Below are positions 10,750-21,653 of a stretch of DNA of 64,000 bases, piece by piece; the stretch's first letter is position 1, and each line of letters starts with the position of its first letter. The translations under genes were made by a program, and so were the position numbers. The stretch lies in the IMG/VR virus record IMGVR_UViG_2643221950_000002, positions 1 through 64,000 of that record; one strand, given 5' to 3'. Under the pieces are notes generated by a model that was not told the origin of the DNA, did no database searches, and saw nothing but the letters and a program-made list of their open reading frames with translations. The stretch comes from a virus. Lineage: Duplodnaviria; Caudoviricetes.

Positions 10750-11727
10750 TTAATTCAAATTTCCAAAGACAAAATCCTCATCTTTAAGTGATTCGACTGT
10801 TGCTTTCTTATAACTAACACCCTTCATTGAGAAGAAGTCTTGTGACTTTGTCTTTGTATTGAGTCCATTCAATACAATCGGGTTAATCTCTTCTTCTTCA
10901 AAGTAAGGGGCAAACCCAAGGTTCATTAACGCTTTATTGGCATTGTAACGAATGAACTTTTTCACATCGCTTGATAGTCCTACCTGATCGTATACGTCTT
11001 CTGTGTAGTCGCATTCATTTTCATATAGAGCACTCAATAGATTAATAGTCCACTTATGTAATTCATCTTGTACATTATCTGGCTGCTTATTATAGATTTC
11101 CTGAGCGAGCAACCCTACATATACACCATGAATAGCCTCATCTCTTAAAATTAAGTTAATAATTTCCCCTGATTGCATCATCTTACCTTGACCATAAAAG
11201 AACAGAGGATAATAAAAGCCACTATAGAAAAGAAAACTTTCCAACATTACTGATGCAGCCATTCCTTTATAAAGGGAGATGGGATCGCCTTTCTTGATAT
11301 TTCTATATTCAGATACAATCAGGTCTGCCTTCTTCTGAAGATATTTGTTATTTTTAGTCCATTCAAACACTTCGCTGATCGTTTCAGTTGGTGCCAGTGT
11401 CATGAAAATATTTGAGTATGATTTCGCATGCACCGCATTTTCCATCATCGCCATAAAGTTTAACACCGCTTTACGCTGATGGCCGTCCACATGTTCAGCG
11501 ACAATCGGCATTCCTGTATTCCCTTGTTCTGTATCAAGTAAGGTAAGCCCAGCAAGTACCTTCATGTACGTATCTTGCTCTTTTTCACCAAGCATTCTCC
11601 AAGCTAACAAATCCCCTTGTAATGATATCTCCTCAGGTAGCCAGAATTGTTTAGTGTTTTGGTTGTAAAACATTTGAGTGAATTCATCATCATGTCTTGA
11701 CCAATCTGCAGCAGTGTAATTTGTCAA
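10750..11727 (-). CDS. nrdF: class Ib ribonucleotide reductase beta subunit, uninterrupted
   Basis: [40 protein letters not shown]. Confidence 0.96.
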   Translation of the reverse strand: MTNYTAADWSRHDDEFTQMFYNQNTKQFWLPEEISLQGDLLAWRMLGEKEQDTYMKVLAGLTLLDTEQGNTGMPIVAEHVDGHQRKAVLNFMAMMENAVHAKSYSNIFMTLAPTETISEVFEWTKNNKYLQKKADLIVSEYRNIKKGDPISLYKGMAASVMLESFLFYSGFYYPLFFYGQGKMMQSGEIINLILRDEAIHGVYVGLLAQEIYNKQPDNVQDELHKWTINLLSALYENECDYTEDVYDQVGLSSDVKKFIRYNANKALMNLGFAPYFEEEEINPIVLNGLNTKTKSQDFFSMKGVSYKKATVESLKDEDFVFGNLN

Positions 11728-11788
11728 TTTATCATTTCCTCTCTTTTTTGCTCAGAATTTATTTCCATGTGCTATAATTATAAAAAAT

Positions 11789-12145
11789 ATGGAAGCCGGT
11801 GTTTATATGTTGCTATCAGGTGCACTCCCTTCAACCACTCCTTGTGGAAACAGCATTATTTATCCAATTGCTATGGATATTTTGAATATCCAGGATAAAA
11901 AATCTATTGTCTTTATGTTGTATTGTGATGAATCCGAAATTGCTTACATAGTAAAGCCTAGATCTAGAAACGGACATAGATCTGGACTAGACTATGTAAA
12001 AAGTGGAGATCCTTTAACTATTTCTCAAGCGTATGAAGACCTTCCTTGGCCAGAACATATGCATAAAGATAAAAATGGCTATATTGTATATAAAGTTGCC
12101 CCATCAGATGAAGAAAGAGATCATTATCTTAAACAACGCAGCTAA
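11789..12145 (+). CDS. opposite-strand hypothetical protein between nrdE and nrdF
   Basis: extended -10 TGCTATAAT at 11770-11778; 118-aa ORF. Confidence 0.6.
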   Translation: MEAGVYMLLSGALPSTTPCGNSIIYPIAMDILNIQDKKSIVFMLYCDESEIAYIVKPRSRNGHRSGLDYVKSGDPLTISQAYEDLPWPEHMHKDKNGYIVYKVAPSDEERDHYLKQRS

Positions 12146-13508
12146 GACAACTATCCTGACCAGTATCTTTTGTGCGTGCATAGTAAAGTGTCTTGATTCC
12201 TTTGTGATGTGCATATAGATCAATTCTATTCAAATCTCGTGTTGTCATAGTGTCTTTGAGGAACAATGTAAACGAGATGCCTTGATCAACATGAGTTTGA
12301 ATAGTTGAAATTAAGTCAATAACCTTGAACATATCCATATCATATGCTTCTTTGTATAGGAACCAATTGTTCGGAGACAGCCCAGGCATAGGATAATAAG
12401 TCTTACTGTTTCCGTAGGTTCTTTCCTCAATTCTTTCCATGATAGGCATTACGCCTGCGGTAGATGACTGTACATATGAAATGCTTCCAGTAGGTGCTAC
12501 AGCTTGTCTATAACTGTGATAGAGTCCATGTTTCTGTACATCGCTTTTTAGCTGTTTCCAATCTTCAATTGAAGGAATATGCTGTTCCTTAAACAGTTTG
12601 GTTACCTTCTCAAGCTTCGGTGAATAATCAATACTTAAATACTTATCAAAAAAGCTTCCTGATTTATATGTAGATCCTTCAAACATGTAATACGTTTCAC
12701 CAGTCTCTTTTGCAATTTCCATTGAACGCTTCAGAGAATAAAAATTGACCATCATAAAATATGTATTAGCAAAATCAATTGCTGCTTCTGATTCATAAGG
12801 GATACCGTTTTGAGCTAGATATCCATGTAAATTCATCTGACCTAAACCAATTGATTTCATTGTTTTATTTGCTTTATTAACTGCTGGAGCATTAACAATA
12901 TTAGTTGCATCAGAAATCCTTGTAAGAGCGTCTACTGCAGTTCTAACTGTCTTCTCGATTGATTGATTATTCATCACATTCAGGATGTTCATTGAACCTA
13001 AGTTGCATGAAATATCCAAACCAATTTCATCTTCTTGATCGTAGTCTGTATACTTTGATACTTTAGAGGACTCAAGCACCTCGCTGCAAAGATTGGAAAA
13101 TTTAACCTGTGATATATGGTTATTTGCATGAACCTTGTTTACGTTATCCTGGAACATGATATATGGATAGCCTGATTCATATCTAAGAATAGCCAGCTTC
13201 TCAAGAAGTTTACGAGCACTTCCTTTAGCTTTTCTTACATTTGGATTATTAATTAATTCATCGTACATTTCATTGATGTCCATCTCATCTAAATGTTGTC
13301 CATATTCCTTATAGACCGTATGAGGATAAAACATATAATAATCTTTGTCTTCTCTTGCAAGCTCAATGAATTTGTCTGGAACAACTACTCCAATGGATAG
13401 CGTTTTAGCTCTTACATCTTCATCTGCTGATATTTTTTTTACATCCAAAAACTCGTTGATATCTGGATGAAATACTGTCAGATAAGCAGCTCCGCTCCCT
13501 TGTCTTTG
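12129..13508 (-). CDS. nrdE: class Ib RNR alpha subunit, exon 2
   Basis: QRQGSGAAYL..., FSNLCSEV, CNLGS, APTGSISY, KTLYY, C-terminal CLSCVV; no intein seen. Confidence 0.95.
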   Translation of the reverse strand, partial: QRQGSGAAYLTVFHPDINEFLDVKKISADEDVRAKTLSIGVVVPDKFIELAREDKDYYMFYPHTVYKEYGQHLDEMDINEMYDELINNPNVRKAKGSARKLLEKLAILRYESGYPYIMFQDNVNKVHANNHISQVKFSNLCSEVLESSKVSKYTDYDQEDEIGLDISCNLGSMNILNVMNNQSIEKTVRTAVDALTRISDATNIVNAPAVNKANKTMKSIGLGQMNLHGYLAQNGIPYESEAAIDFANTYFMMVNFYSLKRSMEIAKETGETYYMFEGSTYKSGSFFDKYLSIDYSPKLEKVTKLFKEQHIPSIEDWKQLKSDVQKHGLYHSYRQAVAPTGSISYVQSSTAGVMPIMERIEERTYGNSKTYYPMPGLSPNNWFLYKEAYDMDMFKVIDLISTIQTHVDQGISFTLFLKDTMTTRDLNRIDLYAHHKGIKTLYYARTKDTGQDSCLSCVV

Positions 13509-14447
13509 CAGACTATTCAGGCATGTTCGCTATTCACACCCCGTCAATTGACTGCTCCGTGTTACCACGAAGATTAGACTATATCTTCATCCTATTAAGG
13601 ATGCCTCCTGTTTCGACTGCCAATCGCTTGCAGCCTACGCCTTTCGGCTAGTCGTTGCACGTTCAAGACGTTTGATCCAAGTGTTTCCACCTGTGTCTAT
13701 AACAAATTTTCGTAATGATTGATTCGCTAGCATATGTATGTAATTTTTTCAGTTTTTTAATAGGAACGCCCTGTTTATATTGTTGCAGTATCTCTTTTGC
13801 TTGTGCATTTGTTATTTTTGCATTAGGACTGTCTTCTCCTTTTCTAAGCAAACCGTGCTTAGATGCATGTTCAGCATTTCCCTTTACAGTTACCCATTCC
13901 AAGTTAGATATATCTGGATTAGCTTTATTACCATCTAAATGGTTTACAACGGGCAAATTACCAGGATTATCAATGAAGTATTCTGCCACTAGCCTATGCA
14001 CTCTTTTTTCTTTGCGAACACCGTCTACAAACATCGTAGCTTTGACGTAACCTTTTGCATCTATTTTTGTCTTAAGAACTGTATTATTTTTTAGTTTAAC
14101 CACTCGACTTTTATTGGTAATTCCATACCCTTCATATTCTTTAAGGGGTATACAAATCTCTCCTTCCTCAGGAATATACGGAGACTGAGTTTTTCTTAAG
14201 CCCATAGCTATTACTCTATGGTTAATTGTCTCTCTAGATACACCCAAACTATTGCCGATTTCTTTTGCAGTCATAGAGTGGTAATGCTTACGAATAAAAT
14301 CTTCATCAACTTCTAATTTGTTATGCGGTTGTCTTGCTTCGCTCATGATTGTCCTCCTTTGACTTTTGTACCCCGATCGTCAAGAAGGAGTTCCCATGAA
14401 TTAAAGAGGTTTTTCAAACGCCATTACTGACGAAAGGGGCCAATTTA
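13509..14447 (-). mobile_element. group I intron in nrdE (939 nt)
   Basis: exon 1 ends in U (GGT), intron ends in G; splicing restores ADQMG/QRQG in frame (702 aa); contains AAGATATAGTCTAA core-like motif. Confidence 0.92.
13663..14346 (-). CDS. intron-encoded HNH homing endonuclease (I-HmuI-like)
   Basis: VHRLVA...VNHLDGNKANPDISNLEWVT..N..H. Confidence 0.92.
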   Translation of the reverse strand: MSEARQPHNKLEVDEDFIRKHYHSMTAKEIGNSLGVSRETINHRVIAMGLRKTQSPYIPEEGEICIPLKEYEGYGITNKSRVVKLKNNTVLKTKIDAKGYVKATMFVDGVRKEKRVHRLVAEYFIDNPGNLPVVNHLDGNKANPDISNLEWVTVKGNAEHASKHGLLRKGEDSPNAKITNAQAKEILQQYKQGVPIKKLKKLHTYASESIITKICYRHRWKHLDQTS

Positions 14448-15176
14448 ACCCATCTGATCTGCATATCTGAATGCATTATCTAAAAGCTTCATAACACCTA
14501 CTACACCTTTAGTAGAGTTATCAATGTCTTTAATCGCTTCACCTTTAGCTCTGATTTTACTTAAATTAAGGGCTACGCCACCTCCTAATTTAGAGAGTTG
14601 CATTGAGATATCTACTGCTTTAGAGATGTCATTCAAGCTATCCCCAACTTCGATTAAGAAGCAGCTAACCATTTCTCCTCTTCGCTTTCGTCCAGCATTC
14701 ATAAATGTTGGAGTTGCTGGCTGGTATTCTTGCTTAATCATGGATTCAACATATCCCATTGCTTTATCAATATTTCCCTTTGCCAAAAATAGGGCAACAA
14801 TTGAGATGCGATCTTCGTAACGCTCAAGGATTTTCTTTTTATTATTTGTTTTCAGTGCATAGTCATTGTAGAACTTAAACGCACTCATAAATGATGGAAA
14901 TCTGAATTTAAAACTATAAGCAAACTTGAATACCTTTTTGATATCCTCTTTGCTGTAGAGACTTAAAAATTCTTCTTCGTAATAATCATGCTCCTTTAAA
15001 TAATCTAATTTCTCCTCAAGATCATGAAAGAAAACCATATTTTGATTAACATAATCAATAAAGTAACTCTTTACAGCTTCCTTGTCCTTCTCAAATTGGA
15101 ACTTTCCATCCTTCTGAATCATGATCTCGTTGTTCAATTGAATCCATTTAGGAATATTGTTTGTGCTGATTGTCAA
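14448..15176 (-). CDS. nrdE: class Ib RNR alpha subunit, exon 1
   Basis: KWIQLNNEI, FPSFMSAFKFY, YQPATPTF, VSCFL. Confidence 0.95.
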
Positions 15177-15534
15177 TAAATTTAACCTCCTGTATAAACT
15201 TAGCTACATCAGAATCTGTACCAGCTAATTCGAACTTGAGCAAGATTGGAACATTGTATTGGTTTGCTATCTTATCTGCAGCTAGTCCAAAATTATTGCC
15301 CCAATTCTTATTACCACTTGAACATATTCCTCTTAGCAATTCTTTGTTGTTATGTATAAATTCCTGAGTAAACTTTGGCACTTCGCCAAAACCGATTGTG
15401 TATGTAATATGTATGAATGGTTCAGTTATCATCGTATCCTCAGTTATTTTCTCGACGTTTAAATAGTTGTTATTTGTAATTTTATCAATGAATCGTTGAA
15501 CGTTTCCTGTCAAAGTATCGTAAGTGATTAACAT
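15148..15534 (-). CDS. nrdI: flavodoxin NrdI
   Basis: TGNVQRF, TYTIGFGEVP, SGNKNWG..FG, KFELAG. Confidence 0.95.
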   Translation of the reverse strand: MLITYDTLTGNVQRFIDKITNNNYLNVEKITEDTMITEPFIHITYTIGFGEVPKFTQEFIHNNKELLRGICSSGNKNWGNNFGLAADKIANQYNVPILLKFELAGTDSDVAKFIQEVKFIDNQHKQYS

Positions 15535-15893
15535 TACAAATGGTTTTTACCCGTAACAAACTTTGCTGTACTAAAATCAGCTTCTGATTCTAGATATTCA
15601 CTCTCATTTGAAATCTCAGAATTAATCCTTGCCATTTCTTCATATCCCTTGGCCATTTGATCATAAAAACTTGTTTTTTCAAGCTTCCCAACCTCAAAGT
15701 AATGCAATAAATGATTTTCAGGAACAAGATTCTTTTCCCCATACTCATTTACAGACAGCACATCACCAGGTTCTACGATGTACGATGTTCCATCAGGATT
15801 ATGAACAGTTGTCGCTGTTTCAACTACTTCAAGGTCTACTAGATGTCTGCTATGTACATACGGTTTTTTTAATTTTCTTACAGCTGCTCCCAT
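15534..15893 (-). CDS. yosL: YosL-like MazE antitoxin mimic
   Basis: C-terminal MAKGYEEMARINSEIS.E...ESEA resembles Bacillus MazE MRRGYMEMAKINL; lies directly upstream of nrdI as in SPbeta. Confidence 0.85.
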   Translation of the reverse strand: MGAAVRKLKKPYVHSRHLVDLEVVETATTVHNPDGTSYIVEPGDVLSVNEYGEKNLVPENHLLHYFEVGKLEKTSFYDQMAKGYEEMARINSEISNESEYLESEADFSTAKFVTGKNHL

Positions 15894-15932
15894 TATATTT
15901 CCCCCAATTTTTATTTATATGAAACTGTGATT

Positions 15933-16199
15933 TTATAGTAAATCTCCATCAGTAAGCAATACCATTTCTTCATCGCTTGTGATATCTTTTAATACCTCTT
16001 TAAGTGGAATTAAATTTTTGTCCTCTCCTGGCGCTCTCCCATATCTCATAGCAGCGTAAATATCTCCAACTTCAATCAGTTCTTTAGATAAATCTCCTTC
16101 ATCATCAGCAGAATCCTTTTTATAAAGTTCCATAGCCTTTTCTTTTGTATTTGCTTTAATTAATGCATAATATGGGTTGCTCACTTCAAAAAATTTCAT
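15933..16199 (-). CDS. hypothetical phage protein
   Basis: GGAGG RBS; stop lies within junction motif. Confidence 0.7.
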   Translation of the reverse strand: MKFFEVSNPYYALIKANTKEKAMELYKKDSADDEGDLSKELIEVGDIYAAMRYGRAPGEDKNLIPLKEVLKDITSDEEMVLLTDGDLL

Positions 16200-16321
16200 C
16201 TATATTCCTCCATTTTTCAATTATATTTAAAATCAAATCAACATCTTGTATTCTATCAAGAATACTGTATACTATATTTAGTTAAATAGAACACACTTTC
16301 CCACGATAGGCGGTGATTTCC

Positions 16322-16465
16322 TTGGCAAAGTCTAGTAGCAGAAGAGTCTCATCTTCAAAACTTGCAACAAAAGCTTCTAAAGTGCTTAATTCTAAATCTT
16401 CAAGTAAGACAGCAAAGAGTTTAGCTGGATCAGTTCTCTCTCAAGCTAAGGCTAAAAGAAAGTAA
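16322..16465 (+). CDS. 47-aa Lys/Ser-rich basic microprotein
   Basis: manual translation MAKSSSRRVSSSKLATKASKVLNSKSSSKTAKSLAGSVLSQAKAKRK; AGGCGGTGA RBS. Confidence 0.7.
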   Translation: MAKSSSRRVSSSKLATKASKVLNSKSSSKTAKSLAGSVLSQAKAKRK

Positions 16466-16515
16466 CTGTATTGAGGTATGTTGGTTAGGAGATGGCTTAA
16501 GTTATCTTCAATCCT

Positions 16516-16740
16516 TCATATCTTCTTATTGATTTTTGTGAACCTGTCTATCTCTTTCCCATTAACAACAACTTTTCCAAAGAACATCTCTTTAGGTCTT
16601 GCCCACAATACAGTGCCGTCCATATCATGGTAAACAACAAGCTCTTCTTCTGTTTCTGTATGAATGACTTCTCCAACGAGTTTATAGGTTCCACCCTTAT
16701 AATGTTTGAAGTTACACATGATATGCTCAAGTATATCTAT
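16516..16740 (-). CDS. DUF1653 family protein
   Basis: FKHYKGG.Y, HTETEE.LVVY, WARP..MF; AAGGAGG RBS points to in-frame ATA at 16740. Confidence 0.8.
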   Translation of the reverse strand: MDILEHIMCNFKHYKGGTYKLVGEVIHTETEEELVVYHDMDGTVLWARPKEMFFGKVVVNGKEIDRFTKINKKI

Positions 16741-16965
16741 TGAATTCTCCTCCTTAAGCTTCCTCTAAATTCAATACAAGAACATTTTTATATGGATCTA
16801 GTTGAATCTCATCGCTTGTTGCTTCCCCATCAACCCTAAAGCTAACAGGTGTATCTCCATAAAAATCAAGTTGATCTTGTAATGCTTTGATTACATCACT
16901 TACTTTTGGTTTACTTAACTTTCCTTTAAACTCATCATATGCCATTTAGAATTTCCCCCTTTTCT

Positions 16966-17328
16966 CTATAGTTTCCTATCAACAATTTCTTTAATGTCCT
17001 TCAATACTGTCCTATATTCATTGTTAAAGCCACTTGCATCAAGATTTACTGAAATTCGATAAGTTCCTGAGTTGTCGAACATGGTAATGAAAGTTTCTGT
17101 GCCATCTTCTTTAGCAGTAAAAGTAACATCGTGTACTTCAATCCGATCTGCGTTGTTCTCTTCTTTTAACTCCTCAAAATATTGCGGTTGCATCATATCA
17201 AACAATTCTTTAACTGTAGTGAATGCTTTTTGTTCTAACACACTATCTTCTTGATAATCAAAACTTTCAAAATAAAGATCATATGTTATATAGCCTTTTA
17301 CATTGTCTCCATGATTTGTATATTCCAC
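16966..17328 (-). CDS. acidic hypothetical protein
   Basis: GGAGG RBS, GTG start. Confidence 0.6.
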   Translation of the reverse strand: MEYTNHGDNVKGYITYDLYFESFDYQEDSVLEQKAFTTVKELFDMMQPQYFEELKEENNADRIEVHDVTFTAKEDGTETFITMFDNSGTYRISVNLDASGFNNEYRTVLKDIKEIVDRKL

Positions 17329-17436
17329 TTTATCCCCTCCAATTTGTTTGAAATCATCCTTTTACTTAAATTTATAATTTGGCGGTGCCCTTCCTCAGTC
17401 TTAGGTGTTCAACATGCATTCTTCTTTGCTGCTGGA

Positions 17437-18225
17437 TTATGTTAACCCATTTAAATCTTCTAAATTATAATTTAATTGAATAGAATCAAGGCGTTTATTA
17501 ATGATTTCTATGTATTTTGGTTCTGTTTCAAAACCTAGCCATTTTCGTTTAGCCAACTCACAAGCAATCGCTGTTGTCCCACTTCCAAGGCAATTATCAA
17601 GAACAACTTCTCCTTCATTTGTGTAAGTTTTAATCAAATACTCAAATAATTCAACTGGCTTTTGTGTTGGATGTATTGTTCTTTCGACAACAGCAAAGTC
17701 AAGCACTGAAAGAGGGTATCTCTTCCCATCACTTACTGTGCTGTGTGAATCTTTTGTTTTACCGTAATTGCCTTTGTTAAGTGCGTTTTTGGAACAATTT
17801 AACCTCTGATATGGTTCACCTTCTCTCATTTGAGGATTGTATGTCGGGAGTTTTTTGTAAAATACTAAAATGTTTTCGTGGTTTTTCATAGGCATCTTTT
17901 TTGCGTTTAAGTGTCCTGTTCCTCTGTTTTTCTCCCATATCCACTCGTATTTTAGAAGTTTTAAATTACTACCTCCTAATACTTTATCGAAAGGTGTTTG
18001 GGCAGTAAGAACAATAGCGCCATTATCCTTAATTATCCGTTCATATTGTTCCCATAATTTATCTAAAGGTATTATGGAATCCCATTTATTTTGAGTTGTT
18101 CCGTATGGCAAATCACAGAGAATCATATCTATTGATTTGTCTGGTAGGAGTTTCATCCCCTCTAAACAATCCAATTGGTACGCTTTGTTAAGTTGTATGC
18201 TTCCTAATAGCTCTTTCCCCATCAA
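17437..18225 (-). CDS. beta-class N4/N6 DNA methyltransferase
   Basis: CDLPYG, HPTQKP, VLDNCLGSGTT. Confidence 0.92.
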   Translation of the reverse strand: MMGKELLGSIQLNKAYQLDCLEGMKLLPDKSIDMILCDLPYGTTQNKWDSIIPLDKLWEQYERIIKDNGAIVLTAQTPFDKVLGGSNLKLLKYEWIWEKNRGTGHLNAKKMPMKNHENILVFYKKLPTYNPQMREGEPYQRLNCSKNALNKGNYGKTKDSHSTVSDGKRYPLSVLDFAVVERTIHPTQKPVELFEYLIKTYTNEGEVVLDNCLGSGTTAIACELAKRKWLGFETEPKYIEIINKRLDSIQLNYNLEDLNGLT

Positions 18226-19277
18226 ATCACCTATTTCAACTTTGATTTTTAGAAATTCTAGTTATAGTTAATCCCTATATGAACATTTGTTGTTTCTATT
18301 TTTTCGACGATGCTTGAACTTGATCCAATATCCACTATTAATGTTTCAATAAAATAAAACTTTTATTTAGTTCCTTGACTGAGTAAATCGATACATTTTA
18401 ATGATCAATTTTCTAAAATAAGCTTAATAATTGTTCCCTGAAAATAATCCGATCTTGTTTCAACTTTTAAAATTTTATAATGCTTTTTCTGACCTTCTGA
18501 ACGGAGCTGAACAAAACAGTCTTTTGTAGCCTTATTCTTAAAAATGAGCTTATAACATTCCTCTTTGTTAAGGGCATCATCATTTCTTTTTATAAATTCT
18601 ATGCCATCAGACACTTCCTCTACTTCAACCTTTTCAGCAATTAGAATGTCTTCTGAAGTATTTGGTAGCCATTTATTGTCATCAATAGAAATGATTTTAA
18701 GTTGTTCTATAACCATTCTTAAATACTCTCCTTTTAATATATGTAATTTATATTTTATTTTGATAAAACTGTAGTTGGCAACAGAAAACCAATCAGGTAT
18801 CCTGCTAAGAATGCAGCTAATGACCATTTAATTAGTGTTAACCAGAATTTCTTATCCAACCGCTTATTCTTTTTCAATAATGTGCTCACCCACCATTCTC
18901 TATAAAACTTGAATTTTATTTAAATACTTCTCCCAGGATAGCAAGTACAAACATTCCAACGCTGCCAATTACACCAAACCATTTTGATGCATCTATGTTT
19001 TTCACAGTTTGCGCTCTCCTTTGTTTTAATCTTTATAAGGCTTAATATGATCGATCCCAAGTACTTTTAATGTCTTCTTTACATTCATCCCCTCGCATTT
19101 CTCTCGAATTTTCTTGCTCAATTTTTCAGCACATTTACTGCAGCAATTGAACTCAATTCTGTCTTCCATGCTTTTTGCATTTTCTTCTGTTAATCTTAAG
19201 CATAAGGGGTATTTCTCAACCCCTTCGTTACAAATCTCGCATATGTAGTCCATTGAATCTCCTTAGCTGTTATATTG

Positions 19278-19306
19278 ATTATATATGTTATTTGTATTTT
19301 AATCAA
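19278..19306 (-). promoter_or_regulatory. sigmaA promoter with SPBRE-like element
   Basis: TTGATT-17-TATAAT, spacer AAAATACAAATAACATA. Confidence 0.8.
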
Positions 19307-19712
19307 CACTTTTTATATGTTATTTATGTTTTTATTATGACCATATGTTCTTCTTTAATCTCTCTAGCAAGATCCATGAATTTAAAATCTTAGGCTCAAT
19401 TAATTTCCACGTTTCATCGTCAATTGAAGCAGCTTCTTCCAGCGTCGTATGTATATAATCTAGGTTACTATGTACCGCTTCCAACTCATCTTCCATCATA
19501 GCTTTATCCCGTTCTCTCAGGCTATCGCCTCCTCCTTAATGCAATGGAATGTGGTACGTCCAACTATCTATAAATTTGTTATCGTATGTACGTTCTTGTA
19601 TTTCACAAGTGAATCCTTTTCTGCGTCTAACAAACACTTCTGCTTTTGCTTTGGTGATAAACTTTTTTGGAACTCTTGTCCCGTTCCATAATACTCGAAA
19701 ATAATTCTCTAT

Positions 19713-20030
19713 CTACTCCACTAACCCTTCTTCTAAAGTTTTTCTTTGTTGGATTAAATCATCAAACCAATCCTTATTTTTTGTATCTAATGCTAGATCA
19801 ATTAGTGAATTTATCTCAGCAGTTTTAATCTTTCTAAATTCTTTATCTTCATATGCAAGCAATGATTCATCAAATTCCTGGGCGTACAAAAGCCCATCCA
19901 CTTCAACTTTATATTTAATAACACTCAATTCTTTCCCTTTTTCAATTGATACATGGTGTGTTGCTTTAATAACTTTACCAACAACACCTCTTGAAGAAAT
20001 CAGAACACTCTGTCCAATTTTAAATTTCAT
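19713..20030 (-). CDS. IDEAL-domain protein
   Basis: C-terminal LIDLALDTKNKDWF..L. Confidence 0.7.
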   Translation of the reverse strand: MKFKIGQSVLISSRGVVGKVIKATHHVSIEKGKELSVIKYKVEVDGLLYAQEFDESLLAYEDKEFRKIKTAEINSLIDLALDTKNKDWFDDLIQQRKTLEEGLVE

Positions 20031-20044
20031 TCCTTTCTTCCTCT

Positions 20045-20416
20045 CTAGTGGATTAAATTATTCTCGTTAACGATTTGCATTTTAGGATGTCCGCCAAGTG
20101 ACTTAACCATATTCTCAAGATGTTCAATTCTGCTGTTCAACTCTAGGCACCGCTGCATGTAGAACTGCTTAGGTTCAGATACAAATCCCTTGCCTTGTTT
20201 ATATCCATCTGCTAGGCCAGTACCAATTACAGCAGGAATCAGGTCGATTAAATCATCTTTACTAAAACTATGTATGTATTCTTCTAAAGTCATATCCTTA
20301 ATTACAGTATGTAGTATTTGAATTACTTGGGCACTTTGCTTAACGTAAATAGCGTAGTTATCTAAATCAATATGTACGACTTTCAATGAATTGATTTGCT
20401 CTAGGATACTTTTCAT
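20045..20416 (-). CDS. hypothetical protein
   Basis: 123-aa coupled ORF. Confidence 0.55.
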   Translation of the reverse strand: MKSILEQINSLKVVHIDLDNYAIYVKQSAQVIQILHTVIKDMTLEEYIHSFSKDDLIDLIPAVIGTGLADGYKQGKGFVSEPKQFYMQRCLELNSRIEHLENMVKSLGGHPKMQIVNENNLIH

Positions 20417-21146
20417 TTTCCCGTTCCAAGTTTCTTCAATTCAGCGATGATTAAATTCATCCCATCTTGATATGCATTTTTCAGATTGTTTAAAGCCTGG
20501 ATTTCAGATGCTAAATATTGAATAAATTTTTCTGGGTGCGCCTCTCTTCCAGAAGCTAGTTTTTTACGATAGTCCTCAACACTTTTCTTGAATTTTGAGA
20601 CAATAATTTCGTTTTCAGTCATATTTCACCTTCCTTTTCTTTTCTAAATGAAATTGATCTTTCATCGAAATTTATTTAGCACTTTCTCAATTTCGGCTTC
20701 TGCTTCGATCATCATTAGGTATGCTTTGTTATGAATTGTTGATTCACATGCCTCACTCAATCTTTTAATGAAGTCTTCCAAAGTTTGCTCCTTTCTAATT
20801 TCTAAATAAATGAGATATTTTACTGTAAGTTTTAATCAACAATCCTAACGTAGACTGAATGACTATCAAATTTTCTTTTTCTTGGCCTTTTTACGTTAAA
20901 TAGTATTTCAGAACCCCGATACTTTTCGTTTTCAGGAATAGTATGTATATCAATCTCTATAACTTCTGTGTTCATATCTGTGTCATTTGCTAAGAAATCT
21001 TGACTTACACCATGAAGTACTAATTCCACGTCTTTGGCAGATTGAAATTCAACCTCTTTATAATTCTCTTTTAGTTGGGCAATCTTTTGATCAATCCAAA
21101 AATTAAGTTCCATTCTTCCACTCCCTGAATATGTCTTATTTTAAAT

Positions 21147-21653
21147 TTATAAGCCTTCCTCACTGACCAAGTAGATAATGTCCTCAACAATTTCATTGCT
21201 GTCGTACTTCTCTGTGTCAAACGAGTATGTATGTAATTTTGATTTTGGAATCACCTCATTATAAAGTTCCACAATTGGTTCAACGTCTTTCGTGTTAACC
21301 TGATCATCTCCTCTGCTGAGAATCCTTTCTTTAATTACTTCAGGTCTTGCATACAGATAGATTAACTTGGCCTTGCTCAATAATTTGTCCTCAATATTGC
21401 TTACTTGCTCATCTGAAAGCTTTGCATGACCAGGAAACATCGTTGCATAAACAAGGTTGGAATATATGTATCTATCTATAATCAAGTTGTCGTGTTCTGT
21501 TAGTTCAAAACAATAATCATATAGGCTGTCCTGACTTCCTTTAGCTAATTCAAACGACGAACCTCGTAGTGTTTTGCAATCTAGCGTTTTTGACAGCTGC
21601 TTTGCTACTGTAGATTTATAGCAGCAGTCACACCCCTCTAAAATAATGATCAT
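21147..21653 (-). CDS. yorR: dNMP kinase (YorR-like)
   Basis: IIILEGCDCCYKST, IIDR, RGD motifs. Confidence 0.8.
   Translation of the reverse strand: MIIILEGCDCCYKSTVAKQLSKTLDCKTLRGSSFELAKGSQDSLYDYCFELTEHDNLIIDRYIYSNLVYATMFPGHAKLSDEQVSNIEDKLLSKAKLIYLYARPEVIKERILSRGDDQVNTKDVEPIVELYNEVIPKSKLHTYSFDTEKYDSNEIVEDIIYLVSEEGL

Noticed and set aside
18281-18292. GAACATTTGTTG as a LexA box upstream of the MTase
   Set aside because: Mismatch in the conserved GTTC half-site.
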